Assembly: GCA_002104905.1 (NCBI GenBank)
Contig: MCFE01000063.1
Span: 128,078 to 192,077, forward strand
From: Basidiobolus meristosporus CBS 931.73
Lineage: Eukaryota; Fungi; Basidiobolomycota
Length of the DNA stretch: 64,000 nt
Reading direction: 5' to 3'
Both the position numbers and the translations under genes were made by a program. The notes beneath the pieces were generated by a model, which worked only from the letters and a program-made list of their open reading frames with translations, did not search any database and had not been told where the DNA came from. Of the stretch, positions 52,656 to 63,238 are shown one piece after another; within the stretch, counting starts at the first letter, position 1, and each line of letters starts with the position of its first letter.

Positions 52656-53907
52656 ATGTTGGTTAGATCCTCAGTCTTAGGCCTCTTATATCTCTCTGCT
52701 CTTTCACTCGTTAGTGGTGCACCTGTTCAGATTTCTTCAAGAAAGTGGAACACCCTAGACGGAAAGCCCAGTTTGCTTTTCGGCCACCGAGGCGATAAGG
52801 CCATGATGCCCGAGCATACCTTGGGATCCTACCATCTTGCTGCCATCGAAGGAGCGGATTACGTTGAGCCAGACCTTGCACTCACCAAAGACGGGCACTT
52901 GGTTTGCAACCATGACCTCTCACTTCTATCGACTACAGACATTGCCGAGCACCCGGAGTTTGCCAGCAGACAACGTAACCTGACCGATATCTTGGATGAT
53001 GTGGAGACTACCATAACCAATAACTGGTTCATCGAAGATTTCACCCTTGCTGAGTTGAAAACCCTTAAAGTTCGTCAGGCACAGGTTGGGGTGCGTCCTT
53101 TATATTTTGACCATACATTCGAGATCCCCACTTTCGAGGAGTATCTCACGCTGATCCAGAATCTTTCGGTTCGACTAAACCGTCCAATTGGTTGGTTCCA
53201 TTTCATTCCACAAATTCGCGCAAACGTTCGTCAATTAACCATTCAATACAGGAATTGTTCCTGAGCTCAAGCATGCCGCTCACAACAATAAGTTACACAG
53301 CAACACACCTCATTTCTTCGAGAACCTAGTGTTGGATACATTAGATAAATTTGGCTATCCCCGCCGCAACAATAATATTAACGCCACCCATATTCTTCGT
53401 GATGATGGTGTCGCCGTTCCTCGAGGCCACATTGTCATTCAAAATTTTGAAGTCGAATCAGCCAAGTACCTAGGGAAGAACTCCGACCATGACATTCTTA
53501 TGCTAGTATGGGCCAACGCCTGGGCCCTCACCCCTAAAGGGCTGGATGATATCGCGACATTCGCCACCCATATTGGTCCATGGAAGGAATTTTTCGTTAC
53601 CGGAGCCGAGGCTGAGTACAAATACAACGCTATCAAATGGGATAAAAATCAAATCCGTAAGCTTGGTGGATTCATCCCCCCTCATAGACTGATGAAGGAG
53701 ATCCACAAACGTAAGCTTCGTGCTATTGGATATACTTTCTACGATAGCCATGAGCCTTCGCAGCGAGGATGTGCCATCAAGTGTTCGAAAGAGTCACGTG
53801 CACAGGAGCTCGACTATTTCTTCAAGCTAGGTATGGATGGCCTTTTTGTAGAAGGAGTTTCCAATGCTATCCAGATCCGTGATCAATACTTTGGGATTAT
53901 GGCTTAA
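52656..53907 (+). CDS. Secreted glycerophosphodiester phosphodiesterase (GDPD), 2 exons
   Basis: Signal peptide; FGHRG, PEHTLGSY.LA...GADYVEPDL.LTKDG.LVCNHD, FTLAELKTL, IPTFEE, spliced GIVPELKH, terminal G.DGLF. Confidence 0.92.
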
Positions 53908-56374
53908 AGGCGGAGATGCTGCTCAGTACAAATCCTGGCTTGGAAATAAATTTTGAGTGAAAATCATTGCGTCATTCTTTAGGAGCGTATTGTTCCAGGA
54001 TTGCTGCCGTAGTCAATTGCTTCCATTGTCTCATGTTCGGTGGAACTGGTTATACATAATTTACTAACTTGGCTATGATGGGGAATATTACCACGGGCCC
54101 AGTCCATTATACTATAGATTACTGCCCACCAGATATAGAATCTGTTTGGTGATGGGTATTGGAATGTTTGCACGCCCATTTCCAGTAGCCCAGGCTGATA
54201 TTGTAGTGTCAGTTATTGCTTCCAGATCCTGTGCCGAAAATCTGCGATTTTGACAGCCCCTATGAATTCTTCTAGATCAGCCCTAAATGCTCTAGTGGCT
54301 GAGTAATATTCACTACACATAGCTGTGTTTCATTAAGTTCCTTAAGCTAAAATGAGTATGTTTCAAGAGATAGCTAAATATGTGCCAAATTGGACGCGTG
54401 ATTCAGTCAATGGCACAGAGATGAACAAGGAGTCGATACGAATCTACCTGGTTTGGGCTAGCAACGATGGGAATTCTATTGCCAAGTACATCGCCAAAGG
54501 TTTCTACCAGCTTGCAATCATTGATACAATTAACAAAGGATTACCAACGGGCCTATTGACCGTAGTCTACTTTGAGCAGTTGTCAATTATCACGTGGTCA
54601 CAAGCCAGTTCCGTTAAGCAATGTGAATGGATACATGAAGGCAGGGTGGAGAGCTACGCATTTTGTGACAATTGTAGACGACAGCTGTCAGTTAAGTGGG
54701 CATTAGTGCAGGCCGCATTGATTTTTACTCCAGTCATTAGAAACGAGTAACATATATATTCAAATTGCTATTAGTGAGAAAGTCCCTGCACAAATCCCAG
54801 GCTTCATGGTCACTTGGAGAAGTGGAAGCTGGCGGTTTAATGCAATTCGCAAATCAATACATACCCAGTTGTCTAGATAGTCGAGTTAAAATCATGCAAT
54901 AAAGCTGCGAGCATTGCCAATGAGGTATGTGTATTTTGGCTAGCCTTCTATATGATGAAATAACCTGTTTCGTCATCAATAGATGATTTGTATGTGGCTT
55001 TTGCAGATCTGACCGATGATGGCCCTCATATTATATGGCAATTTGCGATGAAGCACAGAGTGCACCACTAAATCACTTCCGTCATGATGATGAATCACTC
55101 CACTTCTACCTGCCTCAACTATGATGTCCAACGTCTGTTGTGCCCGTAGGATCTAGCCGTGGATTCCATCGACAGTGATCCCAACAGACTCAGGTAGATG
55201 TCCTTATTGATCGTGGGAGACCCAACTTCGGGCATGACTAGTTCGTTCTGGAATGATCTCAACTGCTGATCAAGGTTCATTGTTCTTCAACACATGGTGT
55301 GATTTGAAGAGTTGGTGCCCGTATCATGACGTGGTTTATATGCTGAAACATCGAGATGGGTCTGTAGATACTTAGCTGGTGAGCGGTTCCTACCCGTATG
55401 CAGTCAGTAATTGCTAGTTCTGTTGGTGGCATGCGTGGAGAGAGCAATTTGCGGTACTGATGCTTCGGCTTTGCGGATGGCATGCCACCTGAAACAAGTC
55501 AGTTGTACTGATATTGCGGAGAAGGCGGTCTATAGTCGACTGAAACTAACAGTCGATCTCTAGTTTCTCCCAGAATGGGTGCATGCAAAATCAGATCCAA
55601 ACCAAATGGGAAGATGATCAATTATGGACTGTTGTCCTCAGAAGGAATGGGTGCAGCCGCGGAACGGATTTCTTTTTGAATAGGCAAGGCAGAGAAAAGG
55701 CATGGCCAGGGGTGATTACTCACGACGCAGGGCGCTGGCTGGCTGCAGGGCTCTTCTCGGTGGCCGAGAAATCAACTTACCATCATTAGGAAGCCATGTC
55801 GATATGCCAGATGATATAAGGTTGATGGAAGCAGGAGACGGTGTAGTGAATCGATTTGTGATCAGTAGTCGAGATTTCCCGGGTGCATTCCAGATAATTC
55901 TCTTCGGTTAGCTGAGATGTTTGGACTCTGAGACTGTTTAGTGTCGACCTGAAACTATCATAGTCTCAACCATGATTAAGACCTGCTGAATGAACCTGAT
56001 GGAGCATTTGTAAACATCAATCACTGTCCTCACTAATTAAATATAACCCTGTTTGTGCTTCAGAGCTGATTGATTATTTAATTTTCTTGAACCGGCTACG
56101 CAACAAGACAGAAGGCTCATTAGTATTATGTCAGTTTTTGTATCAGTCTATATTTAAAGTAACATCACACCAAGACATTGCGCTTTTGGGTAAAGTGATT
56201 GGTGGTGAGTGAAAGTTGCTACTCTAATGTTTTCAAGTATCTTCTAAATTCTTTCTACCAACTGAGGTCATCTGAAACGAATTTGGATGGACCAACACTA
56301 TATAAAGATTGGCCAACCTTCAGTAAATCGGAAATCCATCCACTACTGAACCGGATATTTTGATCCTAGCAATT

Positions 56375-57318
56375 ATGGATTCGTACACAATACCAAGATT
56401 CTCTGTCTGGTGTAATCCTTCGATGAACAGTTGTTCCTGGACATTCAATACATCTTCCGGCTCACCCATCAATGCCCAGAGCACTGCAGACGAGGATGAT
56501 AAGCGGAGATTGGTTGATTGCACCTTTGCCACTGGTGCTACAATTCCTATGGGTGGCTCCTCCTTAGATGCGTATTTCGAGAGAAGCTTCTCATGTGAGA
56601 GCCTGGCCAGTTCCAATGATCTTTCAATACCAAACTCCTCCGATTCAGAGGATATCAAACCTTCGTGGCCCCATCAAATCCTACCTGATGCCTGTACCAT
56701 AGATTCTGCTCCAAAGTTCGATGATACTCAGCCCTTAGAGAACGATCCAGCGGGCATAAACCGATTGGAATGCCACCGAAATTCTTGGGATAGCAATGGT
56801 GGAATCGTAAACCATAGGATAGCAAATCAAGCTGTACAGCCGGTAATCGAGAAAGACAACAGGAAAAGCAATTTGTACAAGACTGAGTTCTGTAGAAGTT
56901 ATGAGGAGACAGGTTATTGCAGGTCAGTAGGTCATCCGCTTCCATTGCATAAGAAATGTTCTGACGTAACAGAATTAGATATGGCTCCAAATGCCAATTT
57001 GCGCATAGTTCTTCGGAATTGAGAGTGATCGCTCGCCATCCAAAATACAAAACAGTAATATGTAAAACGTTTTGGGAGCAAGGGACCTGTCCTTATGGAA
57101 AACGTTGTTGTTTCATTCATCACACAAAATCCGAAAACGGAGAGCAGTCCAAGCATCATAGGGGCTCGAATACCTGGGAAGTCTTTTCATTTCAGCCGAA
57201 TTCGCGAATTCGTAGAAATTCTGCAGACATGGTGTATACACTAATCTCGAAGGACTGTGAGGCATCAAGTAAGGAATGCTTTAATAAGAGGCTACCGATT
57301 TTCCAGCATATAGGCTAA
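56375..57318 (+). CDS. Tandem CCCH zinc-finger RNA-binding protein (TTP/Tis11/Cth family), 2 exons
   Basis: [26 protein letters not shown] and [26 protein letters not shown], joined by intron GTCAGT..ATTAG. Confidence 0.93.
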
Positions 57319-58052
57319 GGTCTTTCCATATCACGCATTACCAACCTATGCACTCGAGATTTTCTTTCATGCTTTGAAATGGATGTTTTGTTTCAAATTT
57401 TTAATTGCTTTCACCAAAAAATGAAAAGAAAGCTTGGTTAGTTTAAACAATAGTGTATATATCATGTACAAAGATAATTCCTTCCCACCATCACTACCAT
57501 CGTATTGCCCATATATAGGTTGAGTTATATTTCAGCTCTCTGCATTTGCATGATCTTTGTGGTAGTAATTATTGCCTAAATAGTTAATTTATTTTTGGTG
57601 TATTAACATTTTGCATATGCGAGTTTGCGCAGTGTTTCCAGTCTACAATAAATATAGCTTAAGAATGCAAAATTGCATATAATCTTTTTAATCCTGAATA
57701 TAAAGGTCAGTGTGCTCAGCTCAATGTCTAGCACATGCTTTAGTTTAAGGCACAAAATGGTAATCAGCTACCCATAATTTTCAAAGAATTGCTTGGATAT
57801 GTAAGGAGATGGATAGTAGCACTTCACAACCTCTAACTAACATGCAGTTTTTTGATATCAATACATTTGTTACAAGTGGGAATATGGATATGTACTTTGG
57901 GTAGGGGGACAAAGTTAATTCCAGTAGGTGAAGCCATAATATGCAATAGTACAAGCTTGACTATATATTAAGTAACTTGTTGGGGATGACATTCAATAGT
58001 AGGTGAGATCCTGAGTTTGAAGCTTGAAAAAAGAATCTCAATACAGTACAGG

Positions 58053-58548
58053 TGTTAGGGGGGGAGACAGTCACCAACAGGTGTAATTCTTATTTCAGTT
58101 GAAACAAAGAAGACAGCACTACAGATGAAGCTTTGATACAAGAGTGTGTAACTGAGGGGAATTGGCAGGTAAGCTAATAAGGAGAGATGATAGTTCTTCA
58201 ATGCTCAAGACACTGTTCAGTGGGAAAGGGGGTAGCAGGAGGGGCAAGAATGATTTGTGAACAACATTGATAAGGCAAATATGATAAGTATTGACACTAA
58301 TCACAAAGGGAGTGTGCTGTTTCAGATACTGTTGCCAAAGGTCTGTCAAGTACTTCAGGTAGGCCAGCTTGGGTTTTCTGAATGCATGATATAATTGGCA
58401 AACTTCTTGACATCTGGATCTCCAACTATAGTTCTCCAGTAGGAGCCAGGTGAGGTGCAGTGAGTTTGCTTCCAGGCCTTGATCAGTGGGTTATTGCAGT
58501 GGTGAAGTCTGAGATATAATCCAGTTCTAAAGTAGAGAAGTGTGATCT
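58053..58548 (-). mobile_element. 5'-truncated non-LTR retrotransposon (LINE) fragment A
   Basis: Diverged copy of the 3' part of the element at 58686-59915; same terminus (GTGTTAGGGGG..ACAGTCACCAACAGG on the + strand); homology ends near 58548. Confidence 0.75.
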
Positions 58549-58685
58549 TGGGTTAAGCATAGTGGATCACAGTCATCAAGTGGTGAAATCTTCATATACT
58601 TATGACAAGAATCAAAAGAGGCCAAGTTAATCTGAAGTTAATCCTAGAAAGCGAGGCCTGAGAGATTGTTGTATCCAAGAGAAAA

Positions 58686-59915
58686 GTGTTAGGGGGGGAC
58701 AGTCACCAACAGGTGAAATCTTTATTTCAGTTGAAACAAAGAAGCCAGCGCTACTGTTGTAGCTTTGATACAAGAGTGTGTAACTGAGGGGAATTTGTAG
58801 GTAAGTTAATAAGCAGTGATGATAGCTCTTCAGTGCTCAAGACACTGTTCAGTGGGAAGGGGGGTAGCAAGAGAGGTACGAATGACTTGTGAACAACATT
58901 AATGAGGGGAATATGATAAGGATTGATATTCATCATAAAGGGAGTGTGCTGCTGCAGATATTGCTGCCAAAGGTCTGTCAAGTACTTCAGGTAGGCCAGC
59001 TTGGGTTTTTCTGACTGCAGAATAAATTCAGCAAACTTCTTGACTTCAGGATCTCCAAGTATAGTAGGGGGAGACAGTCACCAACAGGTGAAATCTTTAT
59101 TTCAGTTGAAACAAAGAAGCCAGCGCTACTGTTGTAGCTTTGATACAAGAGTGTGTAGCTGAGGGGAATTTGTAGGTAAGTTAATAAGAAGTGATGATAG
59201 TTCTTCAGTGCTCAAGACACTGTTCAGTGGGAAGGGGGGTAGCAAGAGTGGTAAGAATGACTTGTGAACAACATTAATGAGGGGAATGTGATAAGGATTG
59301 ATATTCATCATAAAGGGAGTGTGCTGCTGCAGATATTGCTGCCAAAGGTCTGTCAAGTACCTCAGGTAGGCCAGCTTGGGTTTTTCTGACTGCAGAATAA
59401 ATTCAGCAAACTTCTTGACTTCAGGATCTCCAAGTATAGTTCTCCAGCAGGAGCCAGGTGCTGTGTGGTGTGTTCTCTTCCAGGCCTTAATCAGTGGGTT
59501 GTTGCAGTTGTGAAGTCTGAGGTATAATCTGGTTCTAAGGTAGAGAAGTCTGATCTTATAGGGCATAAACCCAAAAGCACCAAGAATAGCATGTCTGTAG
59601 GGGCATTCAGGCAAATGAGGCACCAAGGAGGTAATGCACCATACTGCAAACTTGTCAAGCTTAGTGCAGTCTCTAGAAGTAAGAGAGAGAAGTGGTAAGC
59701 CAAATTCCAGGACAGGGAAGTCAAACTGCTTGAGTAAAAGGAGGCAGCTGGGAGCTGAAGTTGTAGGAGGAGTAACAGCCAGTAGCTTGTGGAGTGCCTG
59801 TCTTGCCATGATAATTCTCTTCTTCAGGTGTGCTCCAGAGTCTAGTCCAGTAGGAAGGAAAGGAAAGCCAAGATATGTAGCAGAAACTTGAGCAGGTAGA
59901 GTGGAGTTCTCCAAG
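58686..59915 (-). mobile_element. 5'-truncated LINE (RT C-terminal region) with a 375-bp tandem duplication of its 3' end
   Basis: ORF 59126..59914 has SATYLGFPF...KKRIIMARQALHKL...FPVLEFGL, typical of the post-YADD/thumb region of non-LTR RTs. 58686-59065 repeats about 59066-59440 with about 7 mismatches (manual count). Confidence 0.75.
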
Positions 59916-59918
59916 TTG

Positions 59919-60141
59919 GGTTAGGGTGTAGGTGTTATAGTAAGGGCTAGAAAAAGGTTAGAAGATCAGGGGGTCTGGGGGACGCAGTCCCCTAGAGAAT
60001 AAAAAAGCAGGGGGTTTGGGGGATGCAATCCCCCATACTGCTCTTATACTCTTTAAATTCCCGTTGGATTACTTTTCTCTCATTCTTGGTTCTGGTCCCT
60101 TAGGGTTAGAATTCCTCCTCCTAACCCTTATCACCCTAACC
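59919..60141. other. Short element with two GC-rich GCA-triloop hairpins and imperfect TTAGGG-containing inverted ends
   Basis: GGGGAC-GCA-GTCCCC (59978-59992) and GGGGGAT-GCA-ATCCCCC (60018-60034); GGTTAGGGTG (59919) is the reverse complement of CACCCTAACC (60132-60141). Confidence 0.5.
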
Positions 60142-60564
60142 ATAAGTATTTTTACCCCACAATTGGCACATTGTCTGCTCATATGGTGGGCATGTCTGGG
60201 CCAATATTTGTCTCCCTATACTGTCCATACGCTCTGTATAAGTCTTGATGACTATTTAATTAATAAATTGTTATTTTTAATATATATCTAATAATTAATG
60301 GGATTCATCCCAATCTGACCACAATCCCATATTTTGATAAGCTTTGGGCACCATATATTGCGCGGCCCTAATATGATAAAAAAATTCATGGCCAATACAA
60401 ATTTTCTGTAACCCAATTGCTTTTACCAAATATAAAGTGTATCCAAAAGTTCAATATATATTATGGCTATAATAGAAACTTTATTTGACACCATCGCAAC
60501 TACTACTTATGTTCTATGCGCACATGTATCCCGCGGGAATTGTAAAACTTAGCCACGTGGTACA

Positions 60565-61185
60565 AAAGTGCTTTTATTTTTCATCATGATAGTTTTACAT
60601 GAGTTCCTAATGCACTTTGAAAGTACGCAGTAGCCATACCCCAACAGGTTTTAAGGATGTCCACTAGCTACGTCTACTTGTGTCTAGCGGGAGCCATCAA
60701 TCATCAGCCGCGCAATACTGAAATGCTTTTATTTTTCATCATGCTAGTTTTGTATGAATCCCTAACGCACTTTCATAGTGCGCAGTAACCATACCCCAAC
60801 AGGTTTTAAGGATACCCACTTGCTATGTTTACTTGTGTCTAGCGGGAGTCATCAATCATCAGCCGCGCGGTAATAAAGTGCTTTTATTTTTCATCATGAT
60901 AGTTTTACATGAGTCCCTAACGCACTTTTATAGTGCACGGTAACCATACCCCAACAGGTTTTAAGGATACCCACTTGCTACGTTTACTTGTGTCTAGTGG
61001 GAGTTATCAATCATCAGCCCCGCGGTAATAAAGTGCTTTTATTTTTCATCATGATAGTTTTACATGAGTCCCTAACGCACTTTTATAGTGCGCGGTAACC
61101 ATACCCCCAGAAAGTAGTGTGGATGCTTACTTTAAACGCTCACTTGTGTATTGTACAGACTATCAACAAACAGCCGCGTGGGAAT
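60565..61185. repeat. Tandem array, 155-bp unit, about 4 copies (last one degenerate)
   Basis: Units beginning AAAGTGCTTTTATTTTTCATCATG at about 60565, 60720, 60875 and 61030. Confidence 0.92.
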
Positions 61186-61566
61186 GGAACATCATAGAAA
61201 AGCATTGCTTTGTTGTTAGCAAGTATTGATGCGCAAATAGTGGTCCTATGTGAATTATTGAATAACTATTTACTCTAGTTGGTTCCAAGATATTCCTAGA
61301 CAATATGCTCAAAATCAATATTAGCATCAATAGCTTGCTCTTTGATCACTAAACCACCGCACCCAATATGCGGTGGCCTTGGTTTTGTCTAGCCGTTGAG
61401 GAATGAAACCAGAGTACAGTCACAAGAGAGGCAAAAGTGAAATGTGATGAAGTAAGTGTATATGAAAGTAATATAAATCTACAGGACAGAAGAGAACAAC
61501 TAGTAGTTAAACAGCACTCACTGACACTCCACCGAGTAGAGCACCAACACGGACAATAAACAAGTC

Positions 61567-62028
61567 ATGAGGGGAAAGCTTAAGGACCGCTACTCGGGGA
61601 TCAAGACCAAAAGAGGAAGCTGCCTCTACCATAGCAGTCCTTGTGCTCCAAAGGAAGACCAAGAGTCTATTATAGACAAAGATTGCGGCAAGAAGAGCAG
61701 TACAATTACCAGTTCTGGTAGTGGTACCTTTGGAAGTCCCGAATACCTGGAGAAAACTCGGAAAAAATTGGCAGATGACTCAGTTGTCCTGAGGAGAAAA
61801 CAAACCAATGCGATTGAGCAGTTCCAAAACAAACTTCAGCTTAGTTCTTCTTTGCCTCACTATAAAGTACTCCAAGTGGCTTATTTTGATTATAAGCGTA
61901 TGAAGGAGAATCAGGCAGAGACTGATAAATTAAGTGATAGTCAATTGCATCACTTCTTAGATCAGGTAGAGAAACAGTTGCACAGCCAAGAGATGGAACA
62001 AGAATTGACGATTACAGAAACCAAATAA
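61567..62028 (+). CDS. Hypothetical 153-aa ORF in repeat-derived region (probably element-encoded)
   Basis: ATG-initiated open frame, K/E/Q-rich helical C-terminus, no recognisable domain. Confidence 0.35.
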   Translation: MRGKLKDRYSGIKTKRGSCLYHSSPCAPKEDQESIIDKDCGKKSSTITSSGSGTFGSPEYLEKTRKKLADDSVVLRRKQTNAIEQFQNKLQLSSSLPHYKVLQVAYFDYKRMKENQAETDKLSDSQLHHFLDQVEKQLHSQEMEQELTITETK

Positions 62029-62260
62029 TTTTGCCAATGTAGTTTTGCATTTTAATAAAATAAAAGGGTGTTAATAAGAACAGAATAAAGTTAACTTATG
62101 TGTACATCAAATGATTCAAATACTGGCTAGATGGATGTTACGTAGGAGTAAGAAGCTCAGTCACCTCAAAGGAAAGATATGATGAATGGGCCACTGACAT
62201 CATCCAAATGAGTATAAAAGTGGAGAAAGGAGACATAATCCTTCATAAAAAACAAGAAGC

Positions 62261-63047
62261 ATGGAAGCAGGCAGTAGCTGGGTAGATGCCAGGAGTCAAG
62301 GTAGAGTACAAAGAGAGCAAGGAAGGGGACAAGGACGCGGAAGAGGACGCGGAACCGGGTGTGGAAGAGGAAGAGGGCAAGGAAGTGGCCAAATCCAAGA
62401 GGAGCGTGAAGGAGGTGTTGCAGCAAACATGGATGATGCTGAGCAAGTTGCTGTAGTCACTACCAGGCGGCCGGTCAACCAAGTTTCCCAAGCATTGTCA
62501 GAGGTTTGACAAGAGCTTCCGGAATATAGGACAACATCGCACCATGAGATATTGCGACGTATGTGCCAGGAGATTAAACAGAGGAGGGGTGATATTGTAA
62601 AGCTAAATCGGGATATTGCTGGACTTCAAGCCCAGATTGATTTCAGTTTCCACCATTCTACTGAGGCATTAGTGGCACAAATGGTGGAAAAGTTTGCCCG
62701 CATCAGGGCAAGCGAATGAGCAGGATGCATCTACCGACCCAGGTGTACTTGCAAGCGACAGTATTGGAGGGGATACTACTTCCTCCCTTGAACCTACCAC
62801 AAGCCAAGAGACAAGAGCAGAATCCTCCACAACAATGAGAATGGCCCCCACGCAGGTTGATATGGAAGTGTGCAAAGAAGACGTGGAGAAGCAGAGTGGG
62901 GATACTATAGGCCAACCAGAAACTGTAATGGAGGCGGAGAGACCAAGTCATATTGTCATCTTAAAAATACCACAGGTTGATTCATTGCTATCACTTCCCC
63001 CATCATCACTATCTGTGCCCCCATCACCACCGCCATCCTCTGGCTAA
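62261..63047 (+). pseudogene. Decayed ORF with RG-rich tract, coiled coil and S/T/E/P-rich tail
   Basis: The frame from 62261 (GRGQGRGRGRG...) is broken by TGA at 62507-62509 but stays open for another 69 codons to 62719. A different frame (62694..63047) carries a low-complexity continuation. Confidence 0.45.
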
Positions 63048-63238
63048 CTTGAGTAAATAAAGAATTTCCACCATCCCAAATCAATGAATTGACAAGTAAT
63101 AAGTTGAACTGATAAGATTGACAATTTACAGACTAATATATGTAAAGTATGTAGTACTTAAGAGCTTTCAAGTTGTGGTGTATTATCAAGTATTCACCGT
63201 CACATAAATCACGCAGCAGTTGTTGTATCCCTATCCCA

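Noticed and set aside
8098-53907. A 'virulence cluster' of secreted hydrolases
   Set aside because: The proteases, PLA2-like, PL14, LPMO and GDPD genes are interspersed with housekeeping genes over 45 kb; no evidence of co-regulation or island boundaries.
54352-55911. 132-aa ORF (54352..54750) and nearby short ORFs
   Set aside because: No recognisable domain, splice structure or codon bias like the confirmed genes; not supportable as genes.
57319-57660. AU-rich autoregulatory element in the 3' UTR of the TTP-family gene
   Set aside because: Only an isolated ATTTA in AT-rich DNA; no clustered UUAUUUAUU nonamers.
60565-61185. CRISPR array
   Set aside because: Units are contiguous 155-bp repeats without unique spacers, in a eukaryotic genome with no cas genes.
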